Assembly: GCA_902769185.1 (NCBI GenBank)
Contig: CACXNV010000004.1
Span: forward strand, 34,499 to 98,498
DNA from: an uncultured Erysipelotrichaceae bacterium
Lineage (GTDB): Bacteria; Bacillota_I; Bacilli_A; RFN20; CAG-826
DNA length: 64,000 bases
Reading direction: 5' to 3'
Below, piece after piece: positions 9,330-18,542 of this stretch. The notes under the pieces are model-generated. The model did not search any database and had not been told where the DNA came from. It saw only the letters and a program-made list of their open reading frames with translations. The first letter of the stretch is position 1. Each line of letters begins with the position of its first letter. The position numbers and the translations under genes were made by a program.

Positions 9330-10466
9330 TTACCTAATCTTGGATAAAGATTCTTTAACAGCAACACCTTTTGGTAAAAGGATGCGGACTGTTTGGCCTT
9401 TGCCTTTAATTGAGAACCAGCATAATCCTTCAACAGAAATATCATGTCTTAAATCATCTGATTCTAAATCATATTCAAACATATCGTAATCTCTAAAAGA
9501 TGTATATCTTTCAGATACTGGTTTTAATGATTTTTTCTTTAAATTGTTAGCGAGGAAATCATCGATTTTGTTTGTGTCGATAACTTTGAATTCAACCTTT
9601 TCGCCTGTAAATACACGAACAGATGTGTGATGTCCACGGATGATAGAGAAGCACGCTAAATTACCGACAACAATTGACGATCCTGCTCCTATGAATTTTC
9701 TGCTGAAAACAACTTCTTTCTTTGGAGTAATAATTCTTTGTACGTTAGCTTCAACACGTGAAAACACCGAAGTGTTATTGCTTAAATCCGGAAGTTCATA
9801 GAAGAACGAAGAATTGGTTAAAGGAATTTCTAATACATTAGAATTGGTTCCTGGATATAATTCTGATTTAATTTGCCATCTAGTGTTGTTTTTATAGTCC
9901 TTTAACATCTTGTTAACAAATGTTGTTTTGCCACTATTAAGTTCGCCAATTAAATAGACATCTCTGCCTTTTCTTAATTCTCCAAGTTTTGTAAGCTTCT
10001 CTTTAATATCAAGAGAATCTTCGCTACCAATAAGATCGATGCTAATTGGATTAATCCCTACATCAGCAAATCTTTCATCGATATATCTAATAAGCATTTC
10101 ATCAGTTGCAGCAGATGGCATTAAATCTCTTTTAGAGCCAATAACAACAACATCTAATTTCTTAACGCGCTTAACAACATCAGGATTTAATGTTCCATTA
10201 AAGGTAAATAAATCAACCATCCAGACAATTAAAGAGTCTGTAGCAACCGCATCTTTAAGGATTTTTAAAATATCCTTATCAGTTTCATGATCAAGGGAAC
10301 TACTATTAAGGGCAATCATTTTTTCGTAACATACGTTACAATAAGGAATTCTTGGAACTCCACTTTCAATAACGGCTTTAGAAATAAAGCCAGGTTTACT
10401 TTTAGATTCAGTTTGGAGAATTGCTCCACAACTTTGACATCTAATTACTCTTCTTGCATTTGCCAT
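9330..10466 (-). CDS. yqeH: Ribosome biogenesis GTPase YqeH
   Basis: 378 aa. An N-terminal zinc ribbon (CQSCGAIL...CNVCYE) is followed by a circularly permuted GTPase with GxxNSGKTT. It lies in the syntenic position between yqeG and yhbY. Confidence 0.8.
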   Translation of the reverse strand: MANARRVIRCQSCGAILQTESKSKPGFISKAVIESGVPRIPYCNVCYEKMIALNSSSLDHETDKDILKILKDAVATDSLIVWMVDLFTFNGTLNPDVVKRVKKLDVVVIGSKRDLMPSAATDEMLIRYIDERFADVGINPISIDLIGSEDSLDIKEKLTKLGELRKGRDVYLIGELNSGKTTFVNKMLKDYKNNTRWQIKSELYPGTNSNVLEIPLTNSSFFYELPDLSNNTSVFSRVEANVQRIITPKKEVVFSRKFIGAGSSIVVGNLACFSIIRGHHTSVRVFTGEKVEFKVIDTNKIDDFLANNLKKKSLKPVSERYTSFRDYDMFEYDLESDDLRHDISVEGLCWFSIKGKGQTVRILLPKGVAVKESLSKIR

Positions 10467-10467
10467 A

Positions 10468-11001
10468 TTATATGTTCCTCCAATCTTTTAGATTGCCTCT
10501 TTTACGATGATATCTTCTAATAGGCCTATCAAATAGCCTATTAATGTGTGTTGTCCATTGGTCTTCTTTAACAACTTTTTCAGTTAAGACAACTCGAATT
10601 TTAGCTTTATGGGCTGCTAAGACATCCGTCATCATTTGATCGCCGACCAGCATAACTTCGTCATTAGTCCTACCACGTCTTGCTATTTCTTGTTTAATTC
10701 TTTTCGCACCGGGCTTATGAGCGCTAGCTAGGTATTCAATGCCCGCCTTGTCTGCGAAGCCACATACACGATGAGGTTTATTGTTTGATATGATAACAGG
10801 CTCTATACCAGCAGACTTCAACTTATTAATATAATTAATCGTATGCTCTTTTGGCTCTCTAGACTTATAACTATCAAGTGTATTATCTAAATCCACAAAC
10901 AACGTTTTGACACCATTACGCACAAAGAATTCAGGATCTATCTCGTAAATTGATTTAGCGTGAGCAAACGGGATGAATTTTTTAAACATTGAAAACCTCA
11001 A
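10468..11001 (-). CDS. yqeG: HAD-superfamily phosphatase, YqeG family
   Basis: 177 aa. DxD motif FVDLDNTL, plus a LVGDQMMTDV HAD motif. It sits upstream of yqeH as in Bacillus. Confidence 0.7.
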   Translation of the reverse strand: MRFSMFKKFIPFAHAKSIYEIDPEFFVRNGVKTLFVDLDNTLDSYKSREPKEHTINYINKLKSAGIEPVIISNNKPHRVCGFADKAGIEYLASAHKPGAKRIKQEIARRGRTNDEVMLVGDQMMTDVLAAHKAKIRVVLTEKVVKEDQWTTHINRLFDRPIRRYHRKRGNLKDWRNI

Positions 11002-11155
11002 TAAATAGTTTATACGAAAAAGTCTTATAAAAATAGACTTTTATAAAAAATCGCACAATTCACATTTCTTTATAAAGAAAAAAGCAGTCAATCAATATAT
11101 ACTAATTAACTACTAATTTCTAACTATTTTATTGTTATATATAACTATGTTATAT

Positions 11156-13771
11156 TTAATCTAAATCATCGAATATTGAGATTTGTTCGAAGTTCACTTC
11201 TTCTTTATCTTGCTTAGTGTCTTCGACTTCCGCTGTTTCAATAACTTCAGCTTCGGTATTTTCTTCTTCCTTTACCTCTTTAACTGGTACAGGATGAGAA
11301 ACAATATCTTTATTAACAACAACTACTTCTGAATCAAATACAAAGGCAATATGTTGTTTTGCTGTAATCTCATCAATATTCTTTTTAGCGTATTGAGCTT
11401 CAGTGTTTCTTAAATCATCCACTGTAATAATTTTGTTAGTTCTATCATTTAAATATAAATTTATATTTAAACTTTCATCTCTTTTTGCTTTAAAGACGCT
11501 AACAATGCTATGTGGATCACCTTTAAAGGATTGCATGATGGATTGCACTTTTCCTAATCTATTTGTTTTAAAGAATTTGGAAATGTCTGTAACGCGCATG
11601 TGTCCTTTATTAGTAAATAATATAATTTTGGACTTTTCTTCCTTTTCAAAGGCTAATAAGCCCACCATTTGATTATTTCCTAATCCAGAGATAGATTTCA
11701 CTCCACCAGCTTTATTTCCAAGAATCGATAATTCATTTTCATTGAAGAATGAACAATTACCATTATTAGTTATAACTAATAAATCACTATCCCCTGTTAC
11801 TAATTGGACTCCAGCAATAGAATCATTTGGAAGGAGTTTCATATATTTGACTGGACGCGAATGCTTAATGACATCAATATTAGAAAGAGCCATACGTTTA
11901 ATTTGACCAAATTTAGTCAAAATGACTAAATATAAGTCATTTCTTAATTCGCTAATTGCCATGACTTTAATAATTTTTTCACCACTGGCAAGGGTAGTAA
12001 ATTCATTAATATGTGTACCTTCATCTTTCCATTTTGCATCAGTTAAAGAATGAACTGGTACAGAGGCATAATTGCCTTGATTTGTAAAACAAATCAGGTA
12101 ATCTGTTGTTAAGGCTTTTCCACTACCAACTAGCATGTCTCCATCTTTTAAACCAGGGAGTTCTCCGTTACTACTAGAGAAACTTCTAATAGAGCTACGT
12201 TTTAAATAGCCATCATAGCTGACAGCAACCATAACTTCTTCTTTAGCGATGAGGTCACGTTTATCAATTTCTTTAGTTTCGCCTTTTTCAATTATTTGAG
12301 TTCTTCTATCATCTCCATATTTGTTTGAAAGATTTTTTAAATCTTTAATAATTACTCTGTTGAGTTTATTTGGATCATCAAGAATTTCTTTTAAGTCAGC
12401 AATAGATTTTTCTAAGTCTGCCTTTTCTTTTTCTAGAATAAGTTCATCAGTGTGACTTAACTTATATAAAGGCATTGTGACAATAGCTTCTGCTTGTTCA
12501 TTAGATAAGCTAAAGCGATTCATTAAGTTAACTTTAGAGTCATTTTTATCTTTACTCTTACGGATGATATCAACAACTTCATTAATGTTTAGCGAAGCTA
12601 AAATAAGTCCGTTAACGATATGTAAACGACTAGAATATTTATCTAAATCAAACTTACTTTTTCTAGTAACTACATCAATTTGGTGAGCAATATAAGCGTC
12701 GATATAGTCGAGTAGTGAAAGAGTTTTTGGTCTACCATCAACAATGGCCACCATATTAGCGGTATAACCAGTTTGAAGATTAGTTTTCTTCATTAAATAT
12801 TGAAGAATAAGATCTGCTTTTGCGTTCTTTTTAATGTCGACAGCGATTCTAATTCCTTTATAATCAGACTCATCTCTAACTTCAATAATGCCGTCAATCG
12901 CTTTTGAGTGCCTAATTTTGTCTATTTCATAGACAAGCTGAATTTTCACCACTTTATAAGGCACTTCTGTGATAATTATTTGATTAATATCCTTTTTTTC
13001 TACAATTTCCGCTTTTCCTGCAATTTCAATTCTTCCTCTACCAGTTAAATACATTTGTTGGAGTCCTGGAGAATCATAAATAAAGCCACCGGTTGGGAAA
13101 TCTGGTCCTTTAACAAATTGCATTAAATCTTCAACAGTTGCAGTTTTATGATTAATGCGATAAATAGTTGCCTCAATCATTTCTCTAAGATTGTGAGGTG
13201 GAATTTCAGTTGCTAAAGCAACTGCAATGCCTTCAGTACCATTTACAAATAAATTTGGGAATCTAGAAGGCAACACTGTTGGTTCTAATTCTGTGTCATC
13301 AAAATTGAGTTGCATGTCTACTGTTTTCTTTTCAATATCAGCAATCAACTCGTTAGATAATTCGCTTAATCTAGATTCGGTATAACGATACGCAGCAGGT
13401 GAGTCACCATCAATAGATCCGTTATTACCTTGGAAGTCAATTAATGGATATCTAACTTTCCAATCCTGACTCATTCTTGCTAGAGCCTCATAAATTGAAG
13501 TGTCACCGTGTGGGTGATAAGTGCCCATAACCGCACCAACAGTATGAGCACATTTCTTAGTCGGTTTATTAAAAGTGTTTCCACTTTTATACATTGAGAA
13601 AATAATCCTTCTTTGAACAGGTTTTAATCCATCTCTAACATCAGGAATTGCACGATCTTGAATGACATATTTTGCATAGGTAGCATAACGGTCACCCATT
13701 ACATCTTCAAGGGGTTCAACAGAAATATTCTCGACGATTTTTTCTTCGATTACTTCAGGTTTTTTCGCCAT
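11156..13771 (-). CDS. parC: Type IIA topoisomerase A subunit, probably topoisomerase IV ParC (GyrA not excluded)
   Basis: 871 aa. The active-site region reads AAYRYTESRLS (the catalytic Tyr). There is an acidic C-terminal tail and no recognisable GyrA box. The neighbourhood plsY-parE-parC matches B. subtilis yneS-parE-parC. Confidence 0.7.
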   Translation of the reverse strand: MAKKPEVIEEKIVENISVEPLEDVMGDRYATYAKYVIQDRAIPDVRDGLKPVQRRIIFSMYKSGNTFNKPTKKCAHTVGAVMGTYHPHGDTSIYEALARMSQDWKVRYPLIDFQGNNGSIDGDSPAAYRYTESRLSELSNELIADIEKKTVDMQLNFDDTELEPTVLPSRFPNLFVNGTEGIAVALATEIPPHNLREMIEATIYRINHKTATVEDLMQFVKGPDFPTGGFIYDSPGLQQMYLTGRGRIEIAGKAEIVEKKDINQIIITEVPYKVVKIQLVYEIDKIRHSKAIDGIIEVRDESDYKGIRIAVDIKKNAKADLILQYLMKKTNLQTGYTANMVAIVDGRPKTLSLLDYIDAYIAHQIDVVTRKSKFDLDKYSSRLHIVNGLILASLNINEVVDIIRKSKDKNDSKVNLMNRFSLSNEQAEAIVTMPLYKLSHTDELILEKEKADLEKSIADLKEILDDPNKLNRVIIKDLKNLSNKYGDDRRTQIIEKGETKEIDKRDLIAKEEVMVAVSYDGYLKRSSIRSFSSSNGELPGLKDGDMLVGSGKALTTDYLICFTNQGNYASVPVHSLTDAKWKDEGTHINEFTTLASGEKIIKVMAISELRNDLYLVILTKFGQIKRMALSNIDVIKHSRPVKYMKLLPNDSIAGVQLVTGDSDLLVITNNGNCSFFNENELSILGNKAGGVKSISGLGNNQMVGLLAFEKEEKSKIILFTNKGHMRVTDISKFFKTNRLGKVQSIMQSFKGDPHSIVSVFKAKRDESLNINLYLNDRTNKIITVDDLRNTEAQYAKKNIDEITAKQHIAFVFDSEVVVVNKDIVSHPVPVKEVKEEENTEAEVIETAEVEDTKQDKEEVNFEQISIFDDLD

Positions 13772-13772
13772 A

Positions 13773-15713
13773 TTACTTCGCCTCCTTTAAGAATGTATCA
13801 ACATTGGTAAAATCAACGTTTTCTTCAACCCATTTTCTTCTAAGGGAAGCATCTTTTCCCATCAAAACGTTTACACGTTTTTCCACTAGGAATGGGTCGT
13901 TAATATCAACTTGTATTAAGAGTCTAGTTTTTGGATCCATTGTCGTTTCTTTTAATTGAATTGCGTCCATTTCACCAAGACCTTTATATCTAGTGATTTT
14001 GGCTTGAGAACCACCACCAACTTTCTTTTTGGCAGCTTCAAGGCCTGCATCATCCCAAGCATATTCTTGGATAAGTTTTTTATTTTCTTCTCGGGCAACT
14101 CTATATAAAGGTGGAACAGCGATATAGACGTGTTCTGTAGTTATAAGAGTTCTCATATAATGATAGAAGAACGTTAATAATAACGTTTGAATATGTGCAC
14201 CATCGGTATCAGCATCGGTCATAATAATGATTTTTCCGTATCTAATGTCATTAACATCAAAAGTTTGACCAAATCCGGCACCGATTGTGTTGATAATGGT
14301 TGCAATTTCTTCATTGTGTACCAATTTATCTAAAGCAATAGAATCGGTATTTAAAGGTTTACCACGAAGTGGTAAGATTGCTTGATGTAAACGATCTCTA
14401 CCTTTTTTAGCGGTTCCACCAGCGGAATCACCTTCGACAATAAAGAGTTCGTTTTTCATGTAGTCTTTAGATTGAGCAGGAGTCAATTTATCAGAGAGAA
14501 TGACTTCTTGTTTGGCTTTTTTACTACTACGAGCTTCATCTTTTGCTTTTCTAGCTGCAATTCTAGCTTGCTGACTATCCACACATTTTTTAATAATGCG
14601 CATCGCATTTTCTTTATTCTCAGTAAGATAATAAGTAAACTTATTATAAATTAAACTTGAGACAACTGGAGCCGCAGCTGGAGTACCTAATTTGCCTTTT
14701 GTTTGTCCTTCAAATTCAAGTAATTCTTCTGGAATTTTTAAGGAAATAATAGCGGTTAAGCCTTCTCTAATATCGCTACCTTCAAGTTTTTTGCCTTTAA
14801 GTAATCCTTGCGCTTCGGCAAAGTCATTAACTGCACGAGTAATACCAGTTCTAAAGCCTGATTCGTGGGTTCCACCATCTCCAGTTTTGACATTATTAAC
14901 GTAGGAATAGATGGTTTCGTTATAGTCTTCGTAACAATATTGAAGAGCAATTTCGGTTTCAATTTGTGTAGTTGAATCAACCTCGTTAAATTCCACAACT
15001 GGGATAATTTCTTTTTTGTCTTCGTTGAGAACATTAACGTATTCTACCAAGCCATTTTGATAGAAGAATTCTTGCTTTTCGTTAATTCTTTCATCAACAA
15101 TGATGAAACGTACACCTTTCATTAAGAAAGCAGACTCTCTTAAATGGCTGGAAATTGTGTCATATTTAAAATCAACAGTAGAGAAGATAAGAGGGTCTGG
15201 TTTAAATCTTACAAGTGTTCCATGCTTATTGGTTTTACCAGTAACTTCTAAAGGAGTCACTAAATGTCCACCTTTTTCAAAACGTAAATGATGTATTTCA
15301 CCGTTTTGATAAACGGTGACATCACACCATTCACTTAATGCATTAGTAACAGATGCACCAACACCATGAAGACCTCCAGCGCTTTTATAAACAGCTGAAT
15401 TAAATTTTCCTCCAGCGTGTAATTCAGTAAAAACAATTTCTACACCTGGTCTTCCGGTTTCTTTATTGATACCAGTAGGAATACCACGTCCTTCATCTAA
15501 AACGGAACAGCTTCCATCTTTGTATAAAGTGACAGTAATGTTCTTTCCATATCCACTTAACGCTTCATCAACAGCGTTATCTACTACTTCCCAAACAAGG
15601 TGATGAAGACCACTGGCGTTAGAGCTACCAATGTACATTGCTGGTCTTTTTCTAACACCCTCTAGGCCTTGCAAAATTTGAATATCATTAGCGGTATATT
15701 GTCTTTCTGCCAT
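13773..15713 (-). CDS. parE: Type IIA topoisomerase B subunit, probably ParE
   Basis: 646 aa. It has a GHKL ATPase N-terminus (LEGVRKRPAMYIGS), a TOPRIM domain (EGDSAGG) and PLRGK. It is adjacent to plsY as in Bacillus. Confidence 0.7.
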   Translation of the reverse strand: MAERQYTANDIQILQGLEGVRKRPAMYIGSSNASGLHHLVWEVVDNAVDEALSGYGKNITVTLYKDGSCSVLDEGRGIPTGINKETGRPGVEIVFTELHAGGKFNSAVYKSAGGLHGVGASVTNALSEWCDVTVYQNGEIHHLRFEKGGHLVTPLEVTGKTNKHGTLVRFKPDPLIFSTVDFKYDTISSHLRESAFLMKGVRFIIVDERINEKQEFFYQNGLVEYVNVLNEDKKEIIPVVEFNEVDSTTQIETEIALQYCYEDYNETIYSYVNNVKTGDGGTHESGFRTGITRAVNDFAEAQGLLKGKKLEGSDIREGLTAIISLKIPEELLEFEGQTKGKLGTPAAAPVVSSLIYNKFTYYLTENKENAMRIIKKCVDSQQARIAARKAKDEARSSKKAKQEVILSDKLTPAQSKDYMKNELFIVEGDSAGGTAKKGRDRLHQAILPLRGKPLNTDSIALDKLVHNEEIATIINTIGAGFGQTFDVNDIRYGKIIIMTDADTDGAHIQTLLLTFFYHYMRTLITTEHVYIAVPPLYRVAREENKKLIQEYAWDDAGLEAAKKKVGGGSQAKITRYKGLGEMDAIQLKETTMDPKTRLLIQVDINDPFLVEKRVNVLMGKDASLRRKWVEENVDFTNVDTFLKEAK

Positions 15714-15798
15714 GCTATATCTCTCTTTTCGCCGTTTATTATAAACGGAAATTGTTGCAAAATTAAAGTTATTTAGTAAAATAGAACGAGGGCAAAAA

Positions 15799-16566
15799 AT
15801 GGATATTATTTTATATAATATATTGGTAGCAATTTTATTAATAATTATCGGCTATGTGTTTGGTTCTATACCAAACGGAATATGGATTGGTAAGCTATTT
15901 TTCCATAAAGATCCACGTGATTTTGGCTCAGGAAATTCAGGCGGCACAAACGTCGGTAGAATATTCGGAAAGAAAATCGGTGTTCTTTGTATTGTTTTAG
16001 ATTGCTTAAAAGTCATTGCTCCTTTTATTATCTCTTGGGCAATCTTAACAAACGTCCCAATGTATAATGGATTACCTCTAATTCCAAGCGTATCTGCCAA
16101 AATAAATAATCCGGATACATCAGCATATTTAGTTCAATGGCCTGCTTATTATATGGTTATGGTCGGATGCACTTTTGGGCACTGCTGGCCAATCTTTGCC
16201 GGATTTAAAGGAGGTAAAAATGTGTCCTCCTTTATTGGATTTGGTTTTGTTTCTTCTTGGTTGTTTGGAGTTATCCCAGCTTGTTTATTCCTAGTCATTC
16301 TTAAATGGAAGAAAATGGTTTCACTTGCAAGTATCTCAATTAGCTGGATTGCCACAACATTAACTTGGATTTGGACAATCTTAATGTTAACAGGAGCAAT
16401 ACCATTTGCCTATAGCTGGATCCCAGGATATTACACAATGATGGAGTTTGGTTATGTCCATTCAATTGTCGTTACTTTTGCTGCTGCAATTTTAACCTTT
16501 AGACATCGTGCTAACATTAAGAGAATCAAAGAAGGCACAGAAAGAAAAATTACTTGGATGAAATAA
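15799..16566 (+). CDS. plsY: Glycerol-3-phosphate acyltransferase PlsY
   Basis: 255 aa membrane protein with the GSGNSGGTN and FRHRANIKR motifs. It carries an insertion of about 35 aa relative to typical PlsY proteins of about 200 aa. Confidence 0.85.
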   Translation: MDIILYNILVAILLIIIGYVFGSIPNGIWIGKLFFHKDPRDFGSGNSGGTNVGRIFGKKIGVLCIVLDCLKVIAPFIISWAILTNVPMYNGLPLIPSVSAKINNPDTSAYLVQWPAYYMVMVGCTFGHCWPIFAGFKGGKNVSSFIGFGFVSSWLFGVIPACLFLVILKWKKMVSLASISISWIATTLTWIWTILMLTGAIPFAYSWIPGYYTMMEFGYVHSIVVTFAAAILTFRHRANIKRIKEGTERKITWMK

Positions 16567-16579
16567 TCTACAAGTAAAT

Positions 16580-16598
16580 AATTAGTAGATAATTAGTA
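16580..16598 (+). repeat. 19-bp box aattagtagataattagta (copy 2)
   Basis: Identical to 7719-7737. It is followed by a gtgaatta segment and the terminator hairpin at 16626-16654. Confidence 0.6.
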
Positions 16599-16623
16599 CA
16601 TTTGACATATTGTGAATTAAGTT

Positions 16624-16655
16624 TTCCACATCACGCTTAGATGTGGATTTTTTCT
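16624..16655 (+). terminator. Intrinsic terminator after plsY
   Basis: Stem ccacatc/gatgtgg with the loop acgcttag, followed by attttttc. Confidence 0.6.
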
Positions 16656-16737
16656 AGATTACATCAATATGTTTTGATTGACTTTAATAGCTGTGCAAAT
16701 CAACGAAACTCTTTTTTGCCACTCCTAACTCAAGAGG

Positions 16738-16775
16738 CAATAAAAAACGCCGTAAATTGGCTTTACGACGTCTTT
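16738..16775 (-). terminator. Intrinsic terminator after the yneF-like gene
   Basis: On the minus strand: acgtcgtaaa-gccaa-tttacggcgt (one mismatch in the stem), followed by tttttatt. Confidence 0.5.
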
Positions 16776-16796
16776 ATTATTAACCTATAAGTTAAA

Positions 16797-17015
16797 TTAT
16801 TTTTGTTGTCTTCTAACAGCAGCCATTGTACGTTGAATATCAGCTTCACTTGGCTTTCTTCCAACGCTTTGATATAAGGCTCTGATCATTCCTTCGTTGA
16901 TTGGAGGATTCTTTTCAAGTTGTCTTTTAAAGAACCATCTAGCAAGGAAGAATCCAGCGATAAGAGCGGCGATAACTGCAGCGACTAATAATCCAATCCA
17001 TCCACCTGTTGACAT
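16797..17015 (-). CDS. UPF0154 small membrane protein (YneF-like)
   Basis: 72 aa with one N-terminal transmembrane helix and a basic C-terminus. Size, topology and sequence match the YneF family. Confidence 0.6.
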   Translation of the reverse strand: MSTGGWIGLLVAAVIAALIAGFFLARWFFKRQLEKNPPINEGMIRALYQSVGRKPSEADIQRTMAAVRRQQK

Positions 17016-17030
17016 AAGTGTTCTCCTTAA

Positions 17031-17588
17031 TTACGCTCTTCCGTCGTAGTTTCCATTATCGGTTCTAACTAAGACAACTTCGCCTTCTTCGATAAATAAT
17101 GGGACACGGACTTTTAGTCCGGTTTCTAATTCAGCGTCTTTCATTGCTTTATTAACTGTATCACCTCTAATGGCTGGTTCGCAGTGTGTAATCTTTAAAG
17201 CAACTTTTGCTGGTAAGTTGATACCAAGTACTTCGCCTTCATAAGAAGTAATTTCGACGATTTCTTCGCCTTTTAAGAATTGAATTTCCCATTTTAATCT
17301 ATCTTTAGAAATTTCAATTTGTTCATATGTTTCTTGATCCATGAAGCAAAGGGCATCTCCAGTATCATAAAGATACTGCATTTGTCTTTTTTCCAATCTG
17401 ATAGTTTCAATTCCGTATCCACTATTACGTGCCATTTCAGTAACAGCGCCTGAACGGAGGTTTTTCACTTTGACTTTCGCAACCATTTTTCTCATTGCGG
17501 TTTTGTTAAGTAAGATATCTAAAACTTGATAGATATTGCCTTCTTCAATGAAATAGTTGCCAGGTCTTAATTCTGTAACATTAACCAT
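17031..17588 (-). CDS. efp: Translation elongation factor P
   Basis: 185 aa. The N-terminus contains the RSGA.TEMA block, the loop that carries the modified Lys. Confidence 0.9.
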   Translation of the reverse strand: MVNVTELRPGNYFIEEGNIYQVLDILLNKTAMRKMVAKVKVKNLRSGAVTEMARNSGYGIETIRLEKRQMQYLYDTGDALCFMDQETYEQIEISKDRLKWEIQFLKGEEIVEITSYEGEVLGINLPAKVALKITHCEPAIRGDTVNKAMKDAELETGLKVRVPLFIEEGEVVLVRTDNGNYDGRA

Positions 17589-17636
17589 AAATATAAACCT
17601 TCTTTCTTTAAATTCCTTTGGTATTATACCAAACTA

Positions 17637-18269
17637 TTAATTTATTAAAAAGTGATTATTTAATAATTCACTTTCTAAAGTTGTGTTAGGACCATGCCCA
17701 GGATAAATAGTTATGTCGCTAGGTAGTTTTTTTATTTTGTTGAGTGATTCCACTCTTTGATGTTTATCGTTATTTGGCAAATCATCTCTACCAATTGATT
17801 GCTTAAATAAAGTATCTCCAGTAAATAAAGCTTTTTCTTCTGGAAGATAATAGCAGACACTCCCTTTGGTGTGAAAAGGTGTGTGAATTACAATTATCTT
17901 TTCTTTGAAAAGATTTAACTCTTCGTTATCTATAACTGTAACAACAATTGAAGTAACTTTTAAAGGCTCTCCTAATTGAATAGATAAATTTAACTCGCTA
18001 TCTTTAATCATTTCTTCATCTAAATAATGAATATATGTTTTTACTTTAAAAACTTTTGCCAAACGATCAACTCCGCGAATATGGTCTATATGTCCATGAG
18101 TTAAAAGAATCGCCACTGGCTTTAAATTATGCCTATTAATAAAATCTATAAGCTTGTCATTGCCTTTTCCTGGATCAATGATGATGCAGTTTAAATCACT
18201 ATCAGCAAGAACATAAGTGTTGCTAACTAAATCATCAATTGGATTATAATCAAACTTATAGATTTCCAT
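17637..18269 (-). CDS. Metallo-beta-lactamase fold hydrolase (glyoxalase II-like)
   Basis: 210 aa with the THGHIDH (HxHxDH) motif and GHGP later. Confidence 0.7.
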   Translation of the reverse strand: MEIYKFDYNPIDDLVSNTYVLADSDLNCIIIDPGKGNDKLIDFINRHNLKPVAILLTHGHIDHIRGVDRLAKVFKVKTYIHYLDEEMIKDSELNLSIQLGEPLKVTSIVVTVIDNEELNLFKEKIIVIHTPFHTKGSVCYYLPEEKALFTGDTLFKQSIGRDDLPNNDKHQRVESLNKIKKLPSDITIYPGHGPNTTLESELLNNHFLIN

Positions 18270-18300
18270 ATATTTTTATAAAATAAAAATAGGTGTTACC

Positions 18301-18468
18301 CTATTTCTTTTTCTCTTTGTGAAGTGTTTTCTTTTGGCAACGTGGGCAATACTTCAATTTTTCTAATCTATCAGGATTTGCTTTTTTGTTTTTTGAAGTA
18401 AGGTAATTTTCTTCACCACATTCTGTGCACTTTAATGTTATAGAAATTCTATCTTCTTTTTTGGCCAT
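18301..18468 (-). CDS. rpmG: 50S ribosomal protein L33
   Basis: 55-aa ORF missed by the track cutoff: [55 protein letters not shown]. It has the four-Cys zinc ribbon typical of L33. Confidence 0.85.
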   Translation of the reverse strand: MAKKEDRISITLKCTECGEENYLTSKNKKANPDRLEKLKYCPRCQKKTLHKEKKK

Positions 18469-18542
18469 AGATATTGTCTCCTTGAATTGCGTATGTTATG
18501 TTATCACATCACTTAAAATAATAAAAGTACATTTTTATTATA

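Noticed and set aside
9268-9489. Plus-strand 73-aa ORF spanning the yhbY/yqeH junction
   Set aside because: It is anti-sense to two conserved genes and has no supporting signals.
11040-11090. A third copy of the comEA/C39 promoter element near yqeG
   Set aside because: Only the 11-mer tgcgatttttt and a loose ctttata block are shared. The region also forms the hairpin aaaagtctatttttataagactttt. The similarity is too short to distinguish from chance in 30%-GC DNA.
11156-15713. Calling the type IIA topoisomerase pair gyrB-gyrA
   Set aside because: There are no dnaA/dnaN/recF neighbours. No GyrA box (QRRGGKG) was seen in the C-terminal domain. The plsY-parE-parC adjacency matches Bacillus. Left as probable parE/parC at moderate confidence.
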